Source: Ranitomeya imitator (Eukaryota). Taken from it: 64,000 nucleotides of DNA. The DNA lies in the NCBI RefSeq assembly GCF_032444005.1, contig NC_091282.1, forward strand, positions 1,016,862,001-1,016,926,000, in the 5' to 3' direction. The position numbers and the translations under genes were made by a program. The notes under the pieces were generated by a model. That model searched no databases and was not told the origin of the DNA. It worked only from the letters and a program-made list of their open reading frames with translations. Shown in pieces: positions 21,606 to 33,897 of this stretch; positions within the stretch are counted from its first letter, which is position 1; each line of letters starts with the position of its first letter.

Positions 21606-23720
21606 AGGGACATTCACCTATGTGAAAGTAATATAAATAACGTTTAGTTGATGTTTTCTTTCCAGTTTAGAAGGACAACAGGGTAATGGACAATAATTAC
21701 CTGAGAACTTCCTTGTAATAGCACCCTAGTTCTACCCACTTTGCTGGCATGGGTAGGGCCTTGTTTACCTTGTTTTGCTTTAACAGGCCAAAAGAAGAAC
21801 TGTATGGCATTGAGGAGACCAGGACTGGTCAGTGCGCCTTTGTAAATAAATGTTTGCACTTTTACCTGTGTACACTTATGTTATTGTTTATGCAACATTC
21901 AAGAAAGCACACCTCCCATAAAGGGATATCTATGTTAATTTGTTGAAAAGCATTTTCAAAAATTTTTGTATGTATTTTATTATCCTGTAACAATTGTTGT
22001 TTCTTTTTCCCAGTCCAAGAGAACTGGATTTAACCGGGGGGAGTGTGATGCCCCAGGGTCCTGGTCATCACAGTGGCATTGCTTTCCCCATGGGGAGAGT
22101 GATGTCATGCTTGGAAGCGATGAAGGATATCTTTCACCAGGTAATCACATACACACAACACGTTTATACTCCAGGCCAGAAGGGGGAGCTCTAAACCTGA
22201 TTTAGGGTGAACTCCCCTATAAATGCATTCTGGTCTGGAGGGAAAGGGTCAGTTAGTGAGCAGACTGTCAGAGGACAGAGACGAGGGCAGACCAACATAG
22301 AGTGTCAGAAGGTCTGAAGGGGCCATGTAGACTGAGGTACTACAGCTCCTGGAGAAAAGAGAACTTAGAAAGAACAACTTGTGGAAAGTGTGCAGGAGAG
22401 AAAAGGCACAGGAGAGTGATACCAGCGGAGCAGAGCACTGAATTAGCTACCTCCCTGGCTGGCGAAGATTCTGGTAGCCGGAAGACCGTGGCCATGCTGA
22501 ACTCTAAGTGGCATAGCTGAAACCAGCAGGACAGCTGAACTTCAACTTAACTGTCCACCTTTACACCCAGGAGACACAGTGATACTTATAGGGCTGGGTC
22601 GTGATAGAGACCCTAGAAAAAGGCTTGCTTCACCTGTTATATGGGTTGTGTCCTAACCTTTATGAGGGACAGAGAGAACTGTGAGGACCTTATCAGAAGC
22701 CATAGGCATTAAGGACTACAACACCACCATGCTTTGAGGAAGGCTTTCATCTCCACCTGGTGAAGGGGACTCTGGATTTGCTTCCAAGCCGGCTGGACAC
22801 TGCCTGTCCTGTGATCTGGTGCCCTGGACTGCGGTTGCCTGAAGCTTCAGTAAACCAGGTAAAGAGACTGCAAACCTGTGTCCTCGTTCCTTACTGCACC
22901 ATTCACCATCTTCTATCTACACACCTGGAGCCCTGGGAACCTACTTCACCTGTGGGAAGTTATACCATCTAGCTGCCATAACATCACCCCAGAGGACCCC
23001 TTTAAGCAGCGCCTGTCCCTACTGACCGAATACCACAGGCGGCGTTACGAACATAAACTTTAATCAAAATCCCTTTTTCATGGGCGCCCAGGGCCACAGA
23101 CTGGGTCGCCGCCGTGACACATCCCCTTAAGTACTGGACCCGGTATCGAGTGCCCCACGGCACTGGCGGGCGTTGCAGTAGCATGTTTGGGTCACACAGG
23201 CTGTGAACAACATGCGGTTTGATATTCACATTTTGAAAAACAGCTAATGTAACACTTTGGAGATGTCTTTTTTATTTAGCAAGCAAAAGAACAATAAGTC
23301 AACATTTGGGTTTTGCTGACAAAATCTTTTAAGGTTTTCTATATTGTTTTTCTGCTGTTTTTGGTCTGACAGTGAAGACACTGGTCAAAAAATGTATGAA
23401 ACTGACTTTGGCACTCGCCCCACTTAACATATCCCAGGAGCTCACTTGAGTTCACTCTTTTAACTCTTTACAGGAATCTAGAGGAACCAAGACTGACAGA
23501 TGACATGTTATTATTATTGGCTGACGGCGCACACACGCTGCCCAGCAGGAGGGGAACACTACTAAAGCTGCAAACTGAGATTGCTGAATGGCAAGCAAGC
23601 CATTGGGCCCTCTCTTATCAGTACCTCCCACATGAATAGAGCAGAAAACAAATACTGTATATCATGCATATATGTTACCAAATCCAGCTGCTCTAGCTGC
23701 AGAAAACACAGACTGCCTTA

Positions 23721-25382
23721 GGGTGCGTGTTCACGGTCCGGATAGTCAGCGCTTTGGATAGAGCGGAAAACCAGGTCCACCCAAAGCGCAGCACCCTTCT
23801 GTACACGCGGTGATTCCAGATGTCTTCATTGCACACATCCGGAATCGCCGCACACTATACATAGGACTCTGTTATTTACCTTGCGGCAACGGAGCGTCGT
23901 CGCAAGGTAAACAGACATGCTGCGTTCTAAAAAGACACGCCGCATGTCCGGAAACGCAGGGCCGCCGGATGTGTGTTCGCACGTGGAGTGCCCCCGTTAG
24001 GGCAGTGGGGTACTCGGACCAGGCCCTACGTTTCTCAAGGGGGTTGTCACGGTGGCTGAACCGGTCCGTGGCCCTAGGGGCGTCCGTTGATATAAGGGGG
24101 AAAGGTCTTTAAAGGGGAAATGTTCGTGACGCCACCTGTGGTATTCTGTCAGGGTGACCGACGCTGCTTAGGGCTCCGCTGGGGTGATGTGATGGCAGCT
24201 AGTTGGTATACCTTCCCACAGGTGAAGTATGTCCCCAGGGCTTCCCAGGGTGTAGATGGTGGATGGTGTGTGGCACAGTGAAGAATGAGGACACAAGGGT
24301 GCAGTCTCTTTACCTTTTTACTGAAGGTTCAGCATCCACAGTCCAAAGCACCAGATCACAGGGCAGGCAGAGTCTGGCCAGTCCGAAGACAAATCCAGAG
24401 GCTTCCTATCCAGGTAGAAATCAGTAGCCTACCTCTAGCGCCTGTGTGTTGTAGTATCTCCCTGCCGTGTGTCTCGGTAAGGTCCTCACAACTGTTGTAG
24501 ATGTTCTAGATGTTATGTCTCTTTCTCTCTCTGTCCCCCTGATGGATAAGATAGGACAAACCCGTATGACTGATGGCCTGAGGCTTTTTACAGGGACTCT
24601 ACAATGCCCCGGCCCCCACAGTTGCCACCGTGCCTCCTGGGTATAAGGTCAGGCAACTAATATGGAACTAGCTGTCCTGCCAGTCTCTGGAGCCAGGCTT
24701 GGAGACGATGACTCCCTCAGTGTTCCGGCTACCGGCTTCTGCGCCTCAGAAAGGAGGCAGCCTTTTACAGGGCAGAACTCCTTCTGGTTTCCTCTCCTTT
24801 TTGCTATGACCTCATTTCTCACTCTCTGCAACGCAATTCCTTTCAATGTCTCTTTCTTTGGATGCTGCTGCACGTGGGGCAGGCCCCTCTGTCTAGGCCT
24901 CTGACAGGATCCCACCCCTGTCAGGGACCCACTACCTGAGCGAAGCCCAGATAGCAGCTCACTGGGTGAAGCCCAGCCAGCCTCCGCCAGACTGGTGCTG
25001 CTTGGGTGAAACCCAGCTCGCTTCTGCCTCACTTCCTGTCCAGCCCACCAGTTTTACCTGATTGTGAGGAGTGCCCTAATAGATAGGAGCATAGCTCCCC
25101 CTGGCTGACTGGAGTGTGAAGTGTGTTGTGTGGTTTGTGATACCTGGTAAAGTGATCTCCTTTATTGCCTTCAGACGTAATATCACTCCCCCTGGTGGAA
25201 GAACGACATTACTGTAATGACCAGGACCCCGGGTCGCTGCACACGCATAGTGGAGACCGAATTTCATAAAATCCCCTCCACTATGCTGTAACATCTGGAC
25301 GCTGCGGGTTGAACGCTGCGGTTGTACACAGCGTTCAATCTGTAGCTAATCCGGATGTAATCCGACATGGGGACACATACCC
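23721..25382. mobile_element. PIF/Harbinger-type MITE interrupted by a solo LTR
   Basis: GGGTGCGTGTTCAC ... GGGACACATACCC; TTA TSD (23718-23720 and 25383-25385). Confidence 0.7.
23984..25241 (-). mobile_element. Solo LTR, tRNA-Ser(CGA)-primed family
   Basis: TG...CA termini; perfect 4-bp TSD CACG (23980-23983 and 25242-25245). Confidence 0.9.
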
Positions 25383-25453
25383 TTAAGCCTCATGCACACA
25401 GCTGTAATATGAACCCATCAACTTGGCATGACAACTGATAGAGCTGAGCCTTA

Positions 25454-25858
25454 GGCCGGAGTCACACTACCGTATAACACGGCCGAGTGCTATGTGATAA
25501 AACATCACATAGCACTCGGCCCAGTGTTACTCTATGGGGCAGCTCGATCTGCAATTATTTTCTCATACATGAGAGAACAATCGATTGACAGTGACGCTCG
25601 ACTCACTTGCACCTATACAAGACTATGGGTGTGAGTGAAACATAGCACTGCATTCTGATATCACCCAAGTGCAGCGCGATTCCCACTGACGTTAGCAGCA
25701 GAGGAGATGGAGAAATTACTTTCTCCGTTTCCTCCATAGCTGTGTGCTAATGTGCTCCGATCCTCTCACATGACACTTGGCTCCCGCTTGCAGCAGAGCA
25801 GGTGCCAAGGGTCATTAGCATATCGCATCAGATGCTATACACTAGTGTGACTCCAGCC
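25454..25858. mobile_element. PIF/Harbinger-type MITE
   Basis: GGCCGGAGTCACACTA ... TAGTGTGACTCCAGCC; TTA TSD. Confidence 0.8.
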
Positions 25859-26714
25859 TTATTCTGCATACGTGTCATGAGGACAGCTGGATGGAATTTG
25901 TTTTTACTTGTTCACTTGGAAAAACGTCCACTTTTCTTCTAATTTTGTTCAACTTATTATTTATCTTTATTGCATTCTAGATTCGTTAATAATGGCTAAC
26001 AAGAGCACAAATCACACAAAAAAGTGGAAACTCGCCCTACTATGTTCATGGTATTTCAGAAGAACCAATCCTGTTAAAAATTGAAGAGATAAAACACATA
26101 CAGCCCCCAAAACGGTCCTATCTATAAAAAAATAGAGCTTTTGCAATGCAAGAATAAATGACAAACCACACCAAAATTTATAACAGTAATAATTTGTTGT
26201 GCAAACTGCAGATTTGTCAGTCAAAAAACATCAGAACCTGTCGTATGCTGCCACCTACTGACATAAGAACATATTGCTGTATATACATGTACATGCACAC
26301 AAAGCGGGGTCCAAAGTCTAACATCACTAGAAGTAAGGTTTTATCTTGCCTTCTTGTACTTCTGAATGTAATAGTGTGTCTAATTAAATTTGTTCCAATG
26401 ACAGCACTCTTTAATACTGGCATAGCTTCCCCAAGTTTGCACACAACCATCTAGATCCATATTATCTCAGCCTGACATGAGAATGTTTCATTCTGTTGTA
26501 TAATATCACTGATTTTTTGTCACTCTAAAGCCATATGGACACCAAGTTTCAGGGAGTTTTTGGAGCAGACATTGGGCAGAAACTCTTGAAATCCTTTGCT
26601 AAATCTCATAACTCCTCAAAAACTCAAGAGTTTTTGCTCATTTTTTCCTCCAAAAACTAAGCAAAAAGGCTCCATGTGTACATAGCTTAGGGTTGGAGAC
26701 CCGTCCCGTTGAAT

Positions 26715-26870
26715 GTAAGTCCGCAAGGACAGAGACCTCTCCCCTCTGTACCAGTCTGTCACTGTAAATTTGTGTACTGTAAATGATATCTATAACTCTG
26801 TATGTAACCCCTTTCTCATGTACAACACCATGGAATTAATGGTGCTATATAAATAAATAATAATAATAAC
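26715..26870 (+). mobile_element. L2-type LINE 3' end
   Basis: Homologous to 51550-51710; ends AAATAAATAATAATAATA. Confidence 0.65.
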
Positions 26871-27310
26871 AACAGTTATTGAACCTGAAACATTTTTCAG
26901 ATATTAACAATCAATTTAAAAACCTGTGGGGAGAATGTATCATTCCCTCTATGCCAGTTTACCAGAGTCCCTACATTTGGTGCAAGGGGTAATTGTGAAA
27001 AAATGTGACTTTTTGTCCATTTACACCAGTATTATGAGTTTTGTTTAAAAAATGGATGGGGCTAAGCAAGACTGCGGTTTAGCTAAATATCTAAAGGGCA
27101 TGTTCACATTGAGCTTTTTGGGATAATTTTTTGGAGCGGATCGTCTCTAAATCCTTCTCAAAAACTGCTTTGAAAACTCTTGAATTTTTTTCAACTTTTT
27201 TTTTTTAGCAGATGCGCTCCTGCTCAGCCATGCGCCATATAGATGAAACCGCGTCCTAACGGACGCATAGAGAAGGGAGATTAAATCATGTGCGCACCCA
27301 TTAGATGAAA

Positions 27311-29812
27311 CATCCATTCAGGACATTTGACGTATTGATACATCATGGAAGGGAAGGAGTTCCCAACCGATGAGGTGTAAATATGTCATGTCATTGGTGC
27401 AGGCACAAGAGTTGTGCGCGCACTATTGCTGCCAGGTGTCCAGCTAACATGACAGCTGAGACCCAGCTCTCAATGACCCTGGCTGTTTAACCCCATAAAT
27501 GCTGAGATCGATATTGATCACAGCATTTAGGGGGCATTGTTGCGAGGGGCCGATCGTTGCCATGGTGACCTGAGGTCATCATGACGACATCCGTTGTCAC
27601 CAGGCTATGGAAAGCCTTTTAGACAATGCTCAGAGCATGGTCTAAGGCACTTGTGTCAGTGAAGCACTGACAATTATAAAGCATTGCAATGCTTTATACC
27701 AGTGATTAGACTACTGAAAGTCAAAGTCCCATAAACAGACTAAGTAAAAAAAGTAAACAAAAAAGAAAATTTTTAAAATCTATATTTTTTTAAAATCACA
27801 AAATAATAAATATATATATACAGTACAGACCAAAAGTTTGGACACACCTTCTGATTTAAAGATTTTTCTGTATTTTCATGACTATGAAAATTGTAAATTC
27901 ACACTGAAGGCATCAAAACCATGAATTAACACATGTGGAATTATATACTTAACAGAAAAGTGTGAAACAACTGAAATTATGTCTTATATTCTAGGTTCTT
28001 CAAAGTAACCATCTTTTGCTTTGATGACTGCTTTGCACACTCTTGGCATTCTCTTGATGAGCTTCAAGAGGTAGTCACCAGGAATGGTCTTCAACAATCT
28101 TGAAGGAGTTCCCAGAGATGCTTGGCCCTTTTGCCTTCACTCCGCGGTCCAGCTCACCCCAAACCATCTCGATTGGGTTCAGGTTTGTTGACTGTGTTGG
28201 CCAGGTCATCTGGCGTAGCACCCCATCACTCTCCTTCTTGGTCAAATAGCCCTTACACAGCCTCGAGGTGTGTTTGAGGTCATTATCCTGTTGAAAAATA
28301 AATGATGGTCTAACTAAACGCAAACCGGATGGAATTGCATGCCGCTGCAAGATGCTGTGGTAGCCATGCTGGTTCAGTATGCCTTCAATTTTGAATAAAT
28401 CCCCAACAGTGTCACCAGCAAAGCACCCCCCACACCATCACACCTCCTCCTCCATGCTTCACGGTGGGAACCAGGCATGTAGAGTCCATCCGTTCACCTT
28501 TTCTGCGTCGCACAAAGACACGGTGGTTGGAACCAAAGATCTCAAATTTGGACTCATCAGACCAAAGCACAGATTTCCACTGGTCTAATGTCCATGCCTT
28601 GTGTTCTTTAGCCCAAACAATTCTCTTCTGCTTGTTGCCTGTACTTAGCAGTGGTTTCCTAGCAGCTATTTTACCATGAAGGCCTCCTCTTAACAGTTGT
28701 TGTTGTAGAGATGTGTCTGCTGCTAGAACTCTGTGTGGCATTGACCTGGTCTCTAATCTGAGCTGCTGTTAACCTGCGATTTCTGAGGTTGGTGACTCGG
28801 ATAAACTTATCCTCAGAAGCAGAGGTGACTCTTGGTCTTCCTTTCCTGGGGCGGTCCTCATGTGAGCCAGTTTCTTTGTAGCGCTTAATGGTTTAGCCAC
28901 TGCACTTGGGGACACTTTCAAAGTTTGCCCAATTTTTTGGACTGACTGACCTTCATTTCTTAAAGTAATGATGGCCACTCATTTTTTCTTTACTTAGCTA
29001 CTTTTTTCTTGCCATAATACAAATTCTAACAGTCTATTCAGTAGGACTATCAGCTGTGCATCCACCAGACTTCTGCACAACACAACTGATGGTCCCAATC
29101 CCATTTATAAGGCAAGAAATTCCACTTATTAAACCTGACAGGGCACACCTGTGAAGTGAAAACCATTCTCGGTGACTACCTTTTGAAGCTCATCAAGAGA
29201 ATGCCAAGAGTGTGCAAAGCAGTCATCAAAGCAAAAGGTGGCTACTTTGAAGAACCTAGAATATAAGACATAATTTCAATTGTTTCACACTTTTTTGTTA
29301 AGTATATAATTCCACATGTGTTAATTCATAGTTTTGATGCCCTCAGTGTGAATGTACAATTTTCATAGTCATGAAAATACAGAAAAATCTTTAAATGAGA
29401 AGGTGTGTCCAAACTTTTGGTCTGTACTGTATATTAAAAACTTTGAAAAGTATATATGTTTGGTATCACCAAGCGACCCGACCCATAAAACTGTCACACT
29501 AGTTAACCCATTCAGTGAATACCATAAAAAAATGTAAAAAACGATGTTTTTTCATCATACTCCGCAATAGAAAGTGGAATAAATCAAGATCAAAATGACA
29601 AATGTGTAATAAAAATGGTATAGCTGAAAATGTCATGTTGTCCTCCAAAAAAACAAGCCGCCATAAAGCTCCATCAGCGGAAAAATAAAAAGTTATAGCT
29701 CTCAGAATAAAGCGATGTGAAAATAATTATTTTTTCTATAAAATAGTTATTTTGTGTAATTGCGCTAAACATAAAAAAATGATATAAATGTGGTATCTCT
29801 GGAATCATACTT
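27311..29812 (+). mobile_element. Diverged fragment of the piggyBac-like non-autonomous family (hosts a Tc1)
   Basis: Homology to 40778-41515 and 51711-52250, for example CGACCCGACC(C/T)ATAAAACT...CTAGTTAAC. Confidence 0.55.
27821..29429 (-). mobile_element. Full-length Tc1 transposon with decayed transposase
   Basis: About 200-bp TIRs CAGTACAGACCAAAAGTTTGGACACACC; TA TSD; fragments GLHGKIAARKPLL, WKSVLWSDESKFEIFG, FIFQQDNDLKHTS, NLNPIEMVW. Confidence 0.92.
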
Positions 29813-29981
29813 CCGCAGTCATGTACTACAGGCATGTACTACGGAGGACATAGAATGAACTTCAATCCAATATTGCGGCCAGCATGCAGCCAGCGGGTAA
29901 GGAAAGGGTGAATCAAACACCCCAAAACTCCGCCCATATGACCAAAAACCGGTCCCGCCAAATTCAGGTGACAGGTTCCCT
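29812..29981. mobile_element. Half copy of the Kolobok/T2-type MITE, ending at a TTAA in L1 ORF2
   Basis: Matches one arm of 17569-17896; ends ...GTGACAGGTTCCCT|TTAA. Confidence 0.7.
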
Positions 29982-30243
29982 TTAAGAGTTTCCAGCACCG
30001 GTGTCAGATTCTTGTGCAAGTAATTTGTAATCGGCAAAGAGATTGATATCCCAAGATATTTGAATTGGTCTGCTATCTTAAGTCTACCCCCTTCCGTAGA
30101 ATCACCCAGCTCACCCCCCCCCCCCACATCATCCACCATGAATAAAATTGATTTATTCCAGTTTATTTTTAGTCCTGATAGAGAACCAAATTCCTCAATA
30201 AGCTGCATAGCATTGCTCAATGAGTCATGCGGGTCCCCCAGAA

Positions 30244-30524
30244 ATAATAATAATAATAATCTTTATTTTTATATAGCGCTAACATATTTATTCCGCAGCA
30301 TTTCTGCACACATTATCATCACTGTCCCCGATGGGGCTCACAATCTAAATTCCCTATCAGTATGTCTTTGGAATGTGGGAAGAAACTGGAGTGCCCAGAG
30401 GAAACCCACGCAAACACGGAGAAAACATACAAACTCTTTGCAGATGTTGTCCTGCGTGGGATTAGAACCCAGGACCCCAGCGCTGCAAGGCTGCAGTGCT
30501 AACCACTGCGCCACCGTGCTGCCC
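30244..30524 (-). mobile_element. tRNA-derived V-SINE with L2-like tail
   Basis: A box TGGCGCAGTGG, B box GGTTCTAATCC, V-domain-like GTTTGTATGTT...GCGTGGGTTTCCTC...CCCACA, (ATT)n tail; degenerate ~12-bp TSD. Confidence 0.85.
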
Positions 30525-31823
30525 CTAAAAATAGCAGTATATCTTCAACGTAGAGCACTATCTTTTCTTCTATCGACCCATATTTGAACCGTAAAACCTC
30601 GGTGGACTGTCGAATTTTGACGGCCAACGGTTCCATGGCCAGAGCGAACAAAAGAGGGGAGAGCGGGCATCCCTGTCTCGTTCCCCTATGCAGCTGAATC
30701 ATGTGAGAAAGCTCGCCATTCACTCTCACTCTAGCTGATGGTTGCTCATATAGCAGCTGAACCCAAGACACAAAATGTGGGCCAAAGCCAAAACAGTGCA
30801 ATACCTGCCACAGGTACCCCCATTCCACACTATCGAATGCCTTATGGGCATCCAAGGAAGCAATAACTCTATGCCCACCATTATCAGCCCCCAGTTGTAA
30901 ATTCAAAAAGAGTCTTCTTAGATTCACTGCCATAGACCCATCAGGCATAAAGCCAGACTGATCTGGGTGGATTAGTTTAGAAACAACACCTGTTAATCGG
31001 GCCGCTAACACCCCGGCCAGGAGCTTAACATCTGTAGTAAGTAGAGATATCGGGCGATATGATTCAGGCCGTCGCAGATCTTTATCTTCCTTCGGAATTA
31101 CTACTATTACTACAAGCAAGGTTCCCCTAAGCTTGGCCTCCTCCAATACTACTCTTAATCTGGGTATCTTTATATATTTCGGCAGGTAGCCCATCTACAC
31201 CTGGCGCCTTACCTCTTGCCATCGCCCTTAAAGCCCGACTTAGTTCTTCATCAGTAATAGGGCCCTCCAAACTTTCTCTATCCTCGTCACTCAGTCTAGG
31301 CAAAGTAATGCCCTCTAAAAATGCCATATTGTCTCCCTCCGATGGGACTACACCAGAGGAGTACAGATCCGCATAGAATTCCATAAAGACTCTTAAAATC
31401 TCAGAGGTCTCCGATACTTTCATACCATTGTCAAGTTCCAATGAATGCACGAATGATGCACTCCTCTGAGCAGAAGCCACCAATGACAACATATGTCCAA
31501 CTACCTCTCCCTCCTGGTAAAACGCCAGATGCTGGAACTCTCTCTTCCTCTCTGCCCTCTCCATTAGAATTTTATTCATGCGGTTCTGGGCTTCTTTTAG
31601 CAGTTTGCCAGCCTCAGGAGTACCCAATGTAATCAAAGCATCTTCAGCAATTCTCAGCCTTTCCCTCGCGTCATTCTCCGCTTGTTTTGACCGACGTTTA
31701 CATCTACTAATATCCCTAAACAGCAGCCCTCTCAAAAATGCCTTCATAGTCTCCCAAATGGTAAGTATATCCGCACTACCCTCATTAATCTCAAAGAACT
31801 CCTCTACCTCTCGCTGTATGGTC

Positions 31824-32618
31824 TGTTATGATCTGGTGGTTTAGGAACAACATGAGACAAGCTCTGAAGGAGGTGGTATCTGTACTGACCGCAAACCCTG
31901 AACCTAGCAGCGCAACTAAAAATAGCCGTAGGGGGTACCTGACGCTCCCTAGACCCCTCGGCACAGCCTAAGATCTAACTTCCCCTAAAGATGGAAACAG
32001 GAAACCTATCTTGCCTCAGAGAAAATCCCCAAAGGAAAGATAGCCCCCCACAAATATTGACGGTGAGAGGAGGGGAAAATAACATACGCAGAAATGAAAT
32101 CAGATTTTAGCATAGGAGGCCAGTCTAGCTTGATAGATAGGACAGGAAAGGATACTGTGCGGTCAGTATTAAAACTCTACAAAAATCCACGCAGAGTTTA
32201 CTAAAAATCTCCACACCTGACTAAAGGTGTGGAGGGTAAATCTGCTTCCCAGAGCTTCCAGCAAGACAGAATTAATTCATACTGATAACGCTGGATAAAC
32301 ATAGAAAACACAGAACGGAAAAGTCCACAATCTGTGAACAGAAAAGAGCAAGCAAAAACTTAGCTTAGCTGAACTGGTCAGGATAACAGGGAAATCCAAA
32401 GAGATGTGAATCCAACCAGGAGCCATTTACAAGTGGCACCAGCTGAAGGACAGAGCAGACAAATAGCAGAGCAGAGACGATCAGTGGAAGCAGCTGAAGA
32501 TAGCTAACTCCAAGGAGCAGCCACACCACTAGAAACCACAAGAGGGAGCCCAAGAGCAGAACTCACAAAAGTGCCACCTACAACCACCGGAGGGAGCCCA
32601 AGAGCGGAACTCACAACA
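31824..32618. mobile_element. Solo LTR in L1 ORF2
   Basis: TGTTATG...CACAACA termini; 6-bp TSD ATGGTC (31818-31823 and 32619-32624). Confidence 0.85.
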
Positions 32619-33897
32619 ATGGTCTCCAAGCTCACACTATGCAACCAGTTAGGATGAATTTTCCACTCTCTCCATTGTCGCGCCCATGTCCCCGCCAGCC
32701 TCAACTCCACCTCCAACGGATTATGATCTGAGAACACCCGTGGCAAATACCTGACTTCTCCCAACAAAGTGTCAAACATGTTATTCCCTAGCGCCATGTC
32801 TATTCTAGATAGCGCGTCATAAGCTGGTGAGTAGCAGGAGTATCCCCTCTCCCCCATGTGTCGCACCCTCCACAGATCAATCATACCGATCTCTCGCACA
32901 TATGTTCCAAATGGCGTAGTATGACTTTCCGTCCTATGCTGTATGTTTTTATTTCTATCCCAAAAATCATCGCAAATGTTATTGAGGTCTCCTATAATTA
33001 AAAGCGGCAACAGATCTCCCCGTCCAATCAATTCCAAAACATCTCTAATTTTTTTTGCTAGAATAGGGGGGAGGGATGTACATAGCCACCACATACATCA
33101 AAACCCCAAGCAGTCTACATTTCACTATCACATATTGCCCTTCCACATCAACATACACCTTCACCTCTTCATAACGCACACCTGCTGGGACCAGCACCGA
33201 TACTCCTCTTGTGTACGTAGAGAAAGTGGAGTCATATGACCTCTGCAGCCATCTCGTACTCAAGACATCGACCCTCTCACGTACCAAGTGCGTTTCCAAC
33301 AGACATATCAAGGAGGCCCTTTGATCATGAGCATATTGAAGAACCGCCGCTCTTCTGGTCTTGTCTGCTAGGCCTCTAACATTCCAACTTAGTAGTTTAA
33401 TGCGCTCCCCCATCATGTCTCAGAATAGTGATCCAAGAATCCTTACTTTCTAACCTGAGCTGTCTAACCCCCACTCTCCCCTCCCATCCCAACCCCCCCA
33501 AACTATCACATTTTACTCTCATCGAGAGTGGGGCTCCTGGGCACTTTTGAGACACTCTCACCTAAGTTAACACCACCCTCTGGCTCCCGCCACCAACAGC
33601 ACCGCAGCTCCTTACATTGATTAATAACATATCAAAACATACAAAAAAGTAGAGAAATTAGAAAAGCAATATTTGCAGAACACCCTGTCAGCATCCCCCA
33701 CCCCCCTCCATCTTCCAAGGTTTGAAATAGCTATAGGCAGAAAGTAAACACAGAAAGAAGCCCAATTCTCTTCTGTCAAAAGTGAAGCAATAACCACACA
33801 TGTTGCCACAGAAAGTCAGTCTCCTGCAGCCTGCAGTTTCTTGGCATTAATACCAATCCACTGAGTAGAGTCTTCTGGCGTCATGAAGAAGTGTGCT

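Larger units (their letters stand above)
19123..23177 (+). mobile_element. Complete non-autonomous LTR retrotransposon (large LTRs, no pol)
   Basis: LTRs 19123-20249 and 22044-23177 (TG...CA); 4-bp TSD GTAG (19119-19122 and 23178-23181); PBS 20253-20270; PPT ...CCGGGGGGAG just before 22044. Confidence 0.92.
18930..23215 (-). pseudogene. Tc1/mariner transposase C-terminal remnant split by the LTR element
   Basis: Joining 23178-23215 to 18930-19122 reads LP*PAASPDLSPSEHI*DI...LCAQVHSAWQSI...NLINSM, a typical Tc1 C-terminus. Confidence 0.6.
29986..33416 (-). pseudogene. L1 ORF2 (endonuclease + RT), fragmented
   Basis: ORF pieces 33045-33416, 32504-33094, 31127-31747, 30499-31194 and 29819-30220. 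Confidence 0.88.

Noticed and set aside
30244-30524. tRNA gene
   Set aside because: A and B boxes belong to a SINE head; no complete cloverleaf, and it continues into a V-domain and LINE-like tail.
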